Assembly (NCBI GenBank): GCA_050613775.1
Contig: JBODTK010000102.1
Span: 1 to 64,000, forward strand
Source: Neocallimastix sp. 'constans'
Lineage: Eukaryota
DNA length: 64,000 bases
Direction: 5' to 3'
Part shown: positions 53,453-64,000 of the stretch, one piece after another
How the letters are laid out: each line of letters starts with the position of its first letter
How positions within the stretch are numbered: position 1 is the stretch's first letter
Position numbers and translations under genes: made by a program
Notes under the pieces: model-generated
What the model was told of the DNA's origin: nothing
What the model saw: only the letters and a program-made list of their open reading frames with translations
Databases searched by the model: none

Positions 53453-55639
53453 ATTTTGTTAAGAAACTAATGTATAATTATGATACTAAAAAAAATGTAA
53501 TTTATAGAAAATTTAATTTATAAATATTAAATATTTAAATTCTTTACAGGTTCTATTTTCAGTAAATAGTCATTCTTTATATAAGAAAAATATTATTTTA
53601 GATAATTTTACTTTTATTTTATATATTTAACAAAAATATGACTTTCTGTTTATTTAGAAATCATATCAAATATTTTAAATTTTTTTATTTTAATTAAAAA
53701 TATATTTTTTAGTTTATATTTTTAAATGAATGGTAAGTTGATTTATTAATAATATAATTAAATATTTTCGGAGTTTTTAATATTAAATAAATATTTATAA
53801 GCAATAAAAATTTGCTATATTTAGAACATATTACAAAAATATACAATTATTAATATTTTTTATATGTTTACATTAAATCTAATTTATATAATAATTTTTA
53901 ATAATTTAATAAAGCTTAAAAAATTCAAAAAATTTGAACTAAACAATAAATAATAAATATGTATTTAAAAAGTAAATTTAATATTTAATTTCAAATAAAT
54001 ATTTATAAATTTTCAAATTATAGGACATTTTAATAATTTGTAAATTACATATTTATTTTATATATAAATAGAAATAATATACCATTTAAAAATAATAAAA
54101 TTAATAGAGTATAATTTCATTACCAAAATTTTTTATATAAAATATTAATATTAATTTCTTTATTATAATTTTTATTTTTTCAGTAATTAAAAATGAATTT
54201 AAAAAATTAAAAATCTTGTTATAAATTAATTATATATAATTATATTTATTTAATTAAAATTCATAATAAATTTCTTTTATTTTATTTATATTAATGCAGT
54301 ATAAAAATTTTAAAAAACTTAGGAATTGAAAATGCGATAAGAGAATTTATTTTATTGGTTGAATGTGGTGACAATATTAAAAAAGATTTTACCAAAATTG
54401 ACTTCAAAAATTAAATGATTATGTTATTAGGGTAGGTCAATTTGTACTTTGTGGTAGCATTTCTAAATTTATAATCAAAGTAAATTTGAATATTATTTAT
54501 TAATTTAAAATTCGATTTGTAGAAAGAAACTCTTAAAGAGAAAATATAAAGAAACTTTGAAAATTGGAAATGACCTTGCTTTTAAAATGTTAGCATATAA
54601 ATAAAATTAGAGAGTTTCAAATCTATCTGATGTAAGAATATATCATTATTATAACCGAAGAACATGTCCTCTCCGAAATTTTTCAAAAAAAAAATTAAAA
54701 ATATTTAATAAGAATGTTAATAAAAGTTTTAAAAATAGTAAAATATTATGTAAAAAAAAAAAAAAAGAATATTATTTAATTTTAATTTTAAATTGAATTA
54801 TAAAAGAAATAATAATAATTACTAAAAATTAAATTTATTATTTTTTATTATAAACATTATATATATTATTTCCTTATTATAAATGAAATTTATATATTTG
54901 ATTTTATATTTAATTTTTATTAAAAAAATTATCTATTGTAAATTAAATTAAATAATTATAAAGTTTTATTAAATATTTAAATTTTAATAATAATGCTAAT
55001 AATAAATACTTATTATAATAAAAAAAAATATTAATTAATATTAAAGAAAAAAAAAAGAAAATGTAAAAATTATATTAATTTGTGGAATAACGTTTCATAT
55101 TTAAATATTCCTGCCATAAAATATATGATTAATTCTATTATTCATATTATTATAAATACCATACTAACGTTTAATATTAAATTGCAATCTAATTTTATCT
55201 TATTATATAATAACAGATTAAAAGCCTCAATTTTGATTGAGGGAGAAATAATAGTCAAAAATAAATAAATTAATTTTATTTTTAGTTATTTCCTGCGTGT
55301 ACTGCCCTTTCTTTCAGCAGTGGAAATATTGAGTTAGTACACATTTCCTTTTTATAAAGGCAGAATTGTCATTAGTTCTAACATTGGCTCTCTGAAATAT
55401 ATTTCTGAAATAAATGGGTTAGGTTATACTGTCTACTTATAAAAACATTATAACCTAATCCAGTGTTTTTCGTACAAACTACATTGAAATTGTATAATTG
55501 TTAAATTTATTTTAATTAAATATAATATATCTACATAGACAAATGGAATAATATACTTAATCTGATTAGTATTTATTCTTATTATATATATATGAATGAC
55601 ATACTTTACCTGTAACCCTAACCATCATATTCTTTAAAA

Positions 55640-55745
55640 ACCTCTTTGTGGGGAAATCCTGGAAATGATCATACGGTTAGTTCGAACCTGGAACCTTTTA
55701 TATGCTTGTTCATAGATTAACAACCATTATATAATCTAGCTTGAC
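55640..55745 (-). other. Degenerate tRNA-like head (possible SINE or tRNA pseudogene)
   Basis: Minus strand has an A-box-like TAG...AATGG and a B-box GGTTCGAAC about 35 nt apart; no clean cloverleaf. Confidence 0.35.
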
Positions 55746-56493
55746 TAAATAAATAAAAGAAAATTATATCTATTAATATTAAAAATGAAAATTAAAATAT
55801 ATTTTATTGTAATATTCATACCATTATTAATTCATATTTTATTTCTAATATAAATCTCTAAATAGTTTAAAATTAGAATTTAGAATTTATTGTTATTTAA
55901 TATTAATATTAATAATATTTAAATTTCTTATAAATTAAATATATAATTAATATATAAATTCAAATGACAAATAATTTAAGAAAGAAATATTAAAATAAGT
56001 ATTATTTTTTATTTTTAATTTTTTTATTTCTAATATTTTTGTAATGTCTTACAAAATAATAATGAATGAAATATATTTTTATACAAAGAAATAATATAAT
56101 TAAATAAAATTGAACTAATTAATGTTAGATACTATATAAAAAAATAATTTTAAATTAAAACAATTTTAAGAAATAATTAAAAATCAAGAAAATATTTATA
56201 TAAAATATATAATATTCCTTTAATAATATTATCTTAAAAATATAAAGTGTGTTAATCCTATTAATTTTAAAAAAAGTAAATGCTTAGTTTGTTTGGATAA
56301 TAAAATACTTTAATTAAATTTTCTATATAAAAAATGTTTGAATTATCTATATAAAATTGACATTAGAGTAATTCTTTCATTCATAAATATTGAATATTCT
56401 AAAGTATAATCATGCTTAATATATGATATCATTTTATTTCAGATTAGCATTTATTTTAATAATATTATTATTTTTGATAATTTTACTTTTATC

Positions 56494-58530
56494 TTACATA
56501 TCTAATGAAAGACATTTTTTACATAATTTTCTTAATTTTATATTTTTATTTGAACATCTTTTCTTACAACGTAATAATAATTTCGGATTGTTTGACCTAT
56601 TTTTCTTTAATTTATATAATTCTTTAAATTCATCGTGATAAATATGCCATATGCTATTAATATATTCATATTCAGGTTCATTTGAATTCCAAGGCTTTTT
56701 TATAATATAATGAATTATTTTTTCGTCAGATACTTTCTTGTTATTACCATAAAATACTGTATTAATAGTATTATAGATATTAGGTCCTAAAGTTACTTCA
56801 ATATTGTTTTCAATGAAATATTCTTGCATAATATCTTGATCTGGATATTCATTATAATGTGCAGACGATTTATTATATTTATATGCTAAATTTAACATTC
56901 CGTCAACATGACTTTTATCTAACCTATTTTTATTTATAAATATTACACCATTATTGATATATGTATTTTTTGATCCATCAAAAATATTATTCCATATTTC
57001 TTTATCTTTAACTAAATGACTTTCATGTGTAAAGCATATTAAATCTTCGTTACTGTTAAATAATTCAAAAATATTTGATAAAACTAAGGTATCAGAATCA
57101 ATATATAAAACTTTATCATAATTTGTTAAACCAAAAATTTCAAATTTTATTAAGTGTGGTATATTTTTTTCTTTTATAAAGTTAATATTTACTTTATTAT
57201 ATTTTGTAGTATTAATTTTTAAAAATTTTATATAAGGAAATTTTAATAGTATTTCTTTTTGAGATTCTTCTGACAAAATATTGTAATTATCATCATACAT
57301 TACTAGAATATCTCCATTAAACCAATTATTATGTTTGTAAAATGAATATAACATGGTTTCAAATCCTATAACAAATTCATCATTTAATATTGTACATAAA
57401 CAATATTTATTATTTTTGAAATTAAATATTTCATCTAAATCTTTTGTATATCTATCGAAAAAATCTAATTTCTCTTTTGTAATTTTATTACTCCTAAAAT
57501 ATCTTTTCTTAATTGATTCTAAGCTAAAATTCCATGAACTTAATACACCATGAGCTGCGGATGTCCTTTTATATTTCCTTTTAATATATTCTTCTGTTGA
57601 TTTACTGTAAAAATGATCTAAATAAACTGGCAAATTTGTATAAATGTCAATATCATTCATAATGTCCATTACTCTTTCCTTTTTTAAATTTACAATATAA
57701 AGGTCTTCATTCATAGCAGTATGAGCATTAAATTTTAAATTGAAGTTATATTTTTTGGATTTTAATATTGTTTTAATTCGGTTAAAGTATCCCTTATTTT
57801 TTTTATTTTTAAATCTTTCAATCACCGGTTTATTTTCATAATATAAATTTCCATTATCTCCATACATTCTCCATTGAACTTTTATTCCATCATAATTATT
57901 AAAATCTTTTAAAAATTCATAGATATCATTATATTTATAATCAATTGAAAGGAATTCATCAATATCAAAAAAGGCTATCCAATCATAATTTTTAAAATTA
58001 TTATAATAACAATTATTGTAAGTTTGTCCTTGTAAAGTCGTTCCATTCATTTGTTCTTTATAATTTTTAGTTGTTTTAACTTTTCCTCTCCAATTAAGTA
58101 TCGTAACAAATCCACTAGTTACGTAATCATTAATTACTTCTTCAAATCTTTCACCGTTCAAATCATTATTATCATAAAGGAATATTTTATTTATTCCTAA
58201 ATTTTTATAATATTCTACCCATTCCCTAATATATAGATTTTCATTTTTTCCAATAGCACAAACAGCTATTTTAAGAGGTATATCCCTTTTTCTTTGTGTT
58301 ATTACATTTATATTTGATTTGTTATTGTTTCTTTCTGAAGATAGGGAAGACAATTTGGTTAGTATTTTATCTGTATAACATTTTTTACAATATTTAATTT
58401 TATTTTTATTATTAAATTTTTGGCATCTCAAACAGTGTTTAAATAAAGCATTTCTAGAAAAGGTATTGATTTTTTCAATCAAAAAACAAAATACGTAGAC
58501 TATTAAAAACACTTTAAAGGAAATTTTCAT
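56494..58530 (-). CDS. Two-domain glycosyltransferase: GT92/GT2-like + GT8, signal/anchor, Cys-rich ends, intronless
   Basis: AVCAIGKNENLYIREWVEYY...LYDNN...WIAFFDIDEFL; then YDKVLYIDSDTLV, NNGV, DQD and IIHYIIKKPW. Confidence 0.92.
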   Translation of the reverse strand: MKISFKVFLIVYVFCFLIEKINTFSRNALFKHCLRCQKFNNKNKIKYCKKCYTDKILTKLSSLSSERNNNKSNINVITQRKRDIPLKIAVCAIGKNENLYIREWVEYYKNLGINKIFLYDNNDLNGERFEEVINDYVTSGFVTILNWRGKVKTTKNYKEQMNGTTLQGQTYNNCYYNNFKNYDWIAFFDIDEFLSIDYKYNDIYEFLKDFNNYDGIKVQWRMYGDNGNLYYENKPVIERFKNKKNKGYFNRIKTILKSKKYNFNLKFNAHTAMNEDLYIVNLKKERVMDIMNDIDIYTNLPVYLDHFYSKSTEEYIKRKYKRTSAAHGVLSSWNFSLESIKKRYFRSNKITKEKLDFFDRYTKDLDEIFNFKNNKYCLCTILNDEFVIGFETMLYSFYKHNNWFNGDILVMYDDNYNILSEESQKEILLKFPYIKFLKINTTKYNKVNINFIKEKNIPHLIKFEIFGLTNYDKVLYIDSDTLVLSNIFELFNSNEDLICFTHESHLVKDKEIWNNIFDGSKNTYINNGVIFINKNRLDKSHVDGMLNLAYKYNKSSAHYNEYPDQDIMQEYFIENNIEVTLGPNIYNTINTVFYGNNKKVSDEKIIHYIIKKPWNSNEPEYEYINSIWHIYHDEFKELYKLKKNRSNNPKLLLRCKKRCSNKNIKLRKLCKKCLSLDM

Positions 58531-59643
58531 TTTATTATTATTGAATATTAATTTCTATATAAATGAATTTATAGATAAAATTATTCAAGTAAGAAATCAT
58601 TTAATAATTTATATTATTTTTAAAAAAAAAGTTTAATGAAATTAGACGTTAAAATTCTAAAAGTTTAATTTGAATTTAAAAATACAATAATTACTAAATT
58701 AATTACGTAATTGAATTGTTCCATTTCTTGAATTATTAATTTAAATTAAATATATTATATTTTAATTTTCTTTTATTTATATTTTAAAAATAAAGTTTTA
58801 TTCTATTTTAATTTTTTTGTTTTAAATTTAAAAGTTTATTTATTTTCTAAAATTTAATTATACTTTATTTTATTTTAAATAATTAGCAAAAACTTGACTT
58901 TCTATTTATTTTAAAATTATTATAAATATTATAACATTTTTTACTAAATTAATAAATATTTTTTAGTTTATAATTTTGAATAACTTATAAAATAATTTTT
59001 TAAATTTAAATATAACAAAATATAATTAAATTACTGTTGTATTATGTATTAAAAAATATGAAAAGATTAATATTTCTATTACCAAAGAAAATATTAATAA
59101 ATATATTAAAATATTAAATGTATAATAAAATATATTCAATAATTTAAAATTTAAAATTAAAATTCAGATAATTACAAACAAATTTAAACTTGAAAAATAA
59201 ATAAATATGAATTTTAAGAATTTGGAAAAACAAATTAAATGAATTTAAAGATTCTCAAAAATACGGATTTCAAACAAACAATTCTCAATAGTGGTAAAAT
59301 AATTTATTTTAAAAAATCAAAAAATCAAAAGTAAATTTAATATTTTTTAAAATTTAATTAAATTAACAAAATTTTTAATAAGAATTTCATAATTAATAAG
59401 AAAAATACGTAATAAACAAACATTTAGATATTAAAATAATTCAACAGTACAATTATGTAAACAATTAAAATTTATAAATTATTCAAGAAATAAACAATAT
59501 AACTTTAAAATTAAATGAAACTTAAATTTCTAAAATATTATTTCTAATGTCTACAATTGATATAAATTAAAAAATGGATTTAAACATATTATTCTATTTT
59601 AAAAATAATTTTCCTTTTTAAATTATAACATATAAATATATAT

Positions 59644-60789
59644 ATGAATATAAACAATAAATATTTATTAATTACTATATTAATTTTTACTATATTATTA
59701 CCTAAATTAAACTACGCTTTAACAAGAAGAACATCGAAGAATCAAAGATCATTATTTCGTTGAAAGAAAAGATGTTCCAATAAAAATATTTATAGAAAAT
59801 TAAAATGGTTTTGTAAAAAATGTCTTTCATTAGATGGATTAGATAAAAATAAAACTTCTGATAATAATAAAATACATGAAAATAATGAAAATTTTAAAAA
59901 TAATAATATTTCTTATAATAATATACTTTTTCAAAGCAAAAATTTTTCATTAATACTTTTATCTAATTCCAGAAAGTTCGACTACAATAGAATTGAAAAT
60001 TTAATTGTATTTGGAGACTCACATTCAGCAGTTGGTACAAATTATACTGATATGACATATACTGGAAGGAATCATTCCGGTGGTAAAAATTGGCCATTAT
60101 ATTTAAAAGATTTTAATAATATGAAGTTATGGAATTATGCAACCCCTAGAGCCCCTATCTATGAAAAATTATTTAATGATTCCAGAGACTTAAAAACCCA
60201 GTGTGATTATTTTTATGAAAATATGACAAAAGGAAAGAAATTTTGTAATACATGGAATGAAAATAATTCTCTATTTGCATTTTGGTTTGGTACAATTGAT
60301 ATAGGATTCAGAAATCATAATTATAAGACAATTGAGGAACTTTCAGAAAATTTTTTTAATTTAATTAAGAGAATGTATGATTACGGTCTAAGAAATATAT
60401 TAATACTTAGTGCCCCTCCTTTGTATATAATACCAAGTCATAGAAACTTCAGTAAATGTAGAGGCATTTCAGATGAAAATTGTATCAAATTTTTAAAAAA
60501 TGAAGTTTTAACATTTAATGATGAAATAATTGCAAAATCGAATATATTTTTTAATAAACATACCGATATAAATCTTATTTATTATAGCACTGTTGATATA
60601 TTTGAAAATATAATATCAAATTGTAATGAATATAAATTCAAGGATTGCATTAATACATGGGGACGTAACAAGAAGAAGAACGTTAATGATTATTTCTGGG
60701 CTAATTCACATATATCAGATTTAGCAAATAAAATTTTAGCAGAAAATATTAATAATTTACTCAGTTCTTTAAATAAATCAACTTCCTAA
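59644..60789 (+). pseudogene. Intronless SGNH/GDSL esterase with shared leader and Cys cassette; premature TGA at 59761
   Basis: One frame from ATG 59644 through LIVFGDSHS to 60789 with a single internal stop. Block III reads GTID and block V WANSH, both deviating from the GxND and DxxH consensus. Confidence 0.8.
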
Positions 60790-61559
60790 CAATTTTAGTC
60801 TAACAGATCAAGCAATAAATTCTAATTTCATAAAATAGTTTAACAATTAAATATAAAGTTTTTCATTACAAATTACATTCATAAAAGAAAATATTATTAT
60901 CTATACTAAAAATTAATAAATTCACTATTAAAAAATTATGTCACCTATTAATAATTAATAATTATTGTATTATATATTAATTAATAATAATTATTATTAA
61001 TATTAATATTAATAATATAATTATTATATTATATTATAAAAAGTTCCATTAAACTCAATATAAGTACATAACTAAGTCATTGTTTATATTAGAGCTCAAA
61101 ATGATTTTAACCTTAGACAATAATCATAATAATACAAATCTAATTATATAAAAATTTAACCAAATATAAGCATTGAAAAAGTATAAATACATGTAATTTG
61201 TAATAATTTAATCTTTGTAACCTATTATTATAAAGAACATTAATAAAGTTGACATAGTTAATAAATTTAATTTTTATGATTTTTAATTATATTAATTATT
61301 TCTTTCTCTTTATTGAAAATTAAAATTAATTTTATTTTTTATGATTTTTTTTTTAAAGCAGCAATTATTATGAATTTTAATTTTTACTTATATATTTATT
61401 TATTAATTATATAAATATTGTTTAATTTAAAAAATAAATATAATTAACAAAAAAAAATATTATTTGCTCAAATAGAATATAATAATATATAAAATAAAAC
61501 ATGAAATATTCAAAAGAAAGTGCATTTTAAATTTAGAAATAGTAGTTCCTATTCAACGA

Positions 61560-62830
61560 AACTCATTTCTTTATGGTTAGGGTTGTAATAATCTTTCTGA
61601 AAAAAATTATAGTCTTCTCCTTAAGATTGAGGCATTGGCCCTACTAGTCCGTCTTACTGCATTTTCAGTAATGTTGCTCCTGGTTAGTTTAAGCCTTTAC
61701 TTTCGGAATAGCAACACTTGTCGAGTACTAGCTCGAGACATAATTGGTGTAAAGAGAGCAGCAGAATGGCGTTTTTTAATAATAAATAATATACTTCATA
61801 ACTACTATCAGAATCTGTACTTTATTCTAAATTATTCATATTTATGATAACAGAGCTTGCATTACTATTAGATATTAGGAAATATTTAGTTATTATAAAA
61901 AATTTTCATAAAGAATTTAAATATTTTTAAAATATTTCATTTTAAATTCATAGCAAAGATAGCATTAAGAAAACTAATCAGGGATTCCTAAGTACCTATT
62001 GAAATTTTTTTTAGACAGGGAAGAGAATACGCTTCCATAATTTTATTAAATTTTATTATAAAAAATACATATGGAACTTCATTTAAAGCTGAAGTTCCAC
62101 CAAGAAGAAACATGTAATTAAAATGTTTGATATAATCTTCAAAATCAGAAGTAGAGTCATAGGAATAAAGAGGATTAAACGCTCTAATCTTCCTAACGAA
62201 CAAAACATAGAGATCATCGATAAAATTTAAATAATTTCATCTGAAAAATACAAAAGTATTTCATTTAAAAATCCAATGCTCAAAAAATTGATTACTTTTA
62301 CCACAACAGGGGCAAGTCGTAGGAAAATATTCTGAAATTCTACCCATTCTAATAGCAATAGTAGTATTGTATTTATAACCACAGTGTAAACGTATAATCC
62401 ACCAAAATCCTAAGTTGATTTGGGGATATTTTAAGCTAAGCTTTATTATAATTTTATTATTTGAGAACTTGTTACTATTGTAATTTTGACCTGTAATACC
62501 TTGAAATTTGGAAACTGAATTCCAGTAACGTTCTATAATATCATCATATTTCATACATTTATAATTTTTGATTTTTTTGTAAAGTGTTCTAGATCTTTAG
62601 TCCAGGAATAATAAAGCATTTTGGGAATAGACTTAATAAGATCCTTTATAATACAATTTGATTTACTACATTTTGCATAAGATTTAACTTATAAGGCTGC
62701 GCAGATACCAGCAATAGGAGGGATGCATAGATCACGAGATAAAGCTATAGTAGAATTATGTCTAATATAGTAATTGTTTTCTGAATTTGTTTTGCTATTT
62801 TTAAAGTACCCATCGAAAGCTAATGTTAAA
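61560..62830 (-). mobile_element. Degenerate LINE 3' portion
   Basis: RDLCIPPIAGICAA, RLHCGY and CPCCGK...EHWIF zinc-knuckle-like C-terminus; many stops. Confidence 0.7.
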
Positions 62831-64000
62831 TTCAGATTATTTTAAGTTAATCTTTAGGTAGTCTCTAGTTTTTTCAAATTTATTTTTATTATTAGCTTTA
62901 ACCTTGATTAGTTTTACTGTCATATCTCTATTCCAGTAAATGCTTAAAATTTCCTTTTTTGATGAAAATTAATCTAAATCTGATATATACTATTCATTTT
63001 CCATCAACTGTCCATGGCCCTTGAAAAACAATCCATATCATTGTGGGGTTTTGTTCAGGGTAATATAGAATTTTCAAAACTTTTAAATATAAGGAGAGAA
63101 TATAAGCTACATTTTAAAAGAATAAAAATATATAATTCGTAATAATTTTATATTTGTAACTTTTTATTATAAATAATATTAATAAAGTTGACATAATTTT
63201 TAAATCTAGTTTTTATAACTTCAATAATATTAAAATATTCTTCTTCTTTAGTGAAATTTAAAATAAATATTATTTTTTTTTGAATTAAAATTTTTTATTA
63301 ATAAAATTTAAAATTAAAAATTTTTGGAATTTAAATTTAATAAAGAAATTTTATAGAAAATAACCAAAAATTAAAATAACATATAAAAAATAATATAAAA
63401 AAAAATATAAAACATAAAAAAAAATTTCGAATTATAGAAAATTTAATATAATATAGATTAAAAATCAGTTCATAATTAAAAAAAATTTCAGTATGACTTA
63501 GATTAATAAATAGTAACATGATAAGTAATAAAATTTAATATAAGTAAAATAACCCCTTTAAAAAAAACTGTGTGGTGTCCATTAAACTCTTACTTGAAAA
63601 TAAAAAAATTTTCTCATTGAGAGAATTATTATTTATAGTTTCGTTGAACGAAAGTAGATTGAAAAATATTACTATTATAAAAACAAAAAGTAAATAAATT
63701 TGTTTATAATAAAATAATAAATTATTTAATAATATATTTTCATAAAAATAATAAAAAACATTATAATATATATATAATATAATGTTTGACTTGAATAATC
63801 TATAAGACAAATACATTTTTTTAATTAAATAATTATATAATTTTAAAGATATGCCTTTATAAATAATAAATATTTTTATTTAACTTTAATGACAGAAGTG
63901 AAAAAAAAAATTATAAATTTTAGTTTTAAATTTTTTTATTTATTAATAAATATTCAATAATTAAATATTTTTAATTTTTTATTAATCATCAAATTAATAG

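Noticed and set aside
54320..54680. Slightly GC-richer, possibly coding remnant
   Set aside because: Could not assign any family.
63337..63816. Hydrophobic minus-strand ORFs
   Set aside because: F/L/I/Y bias is expected from AT-rich DNA; may be a decayed membrane-protein gene, but no motif was recognised.

Overview
Extremely AT-rich, intron-bearing eukaryotic DNA, almost certainly from an anaerobic gut fungus (Neocallimastigomycota; inferred from composition and gene content). The centre is a ~5,800-aa cellulosome scaffoldin (ScaA-like) with a short signal-peptide exon the ORF track missed, dibasic processing sites and a GPI-like tail. It lies between inverted copies of a non-autonomous copia-type LTR family (207-bp LTRs). 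That family appears to prime on a tRNA-Lys(CUU) 5' half and carries decayed host cargo: an arfaptin/BAR gene and glycosyltransferase pieces, one ~82% identical to the GT8 domain of an intact gene in this window. Nested in the left copy is a young Ty3/gypsy-derived element with gag, a -1 frameshift signal with an H-type pseudoknot, protease and a GPY/F tail, but no RT, RNase H or integrase core. The right third is a glycan-enzyme neighbourhood: an intronless GT-D (DUF1792) glycosyltransferase, an intronless GT92/GT2-like + GT8 fusion, UDP-glucose 6-dehydrogenase and two SGNH/GDSL esterases. Several of these unrelated enzymes share a homologous N-terminal leader or a Cys-rich cassette. Copia and LINE relics fill the gaps. 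All alignments and family calls were made by eye.
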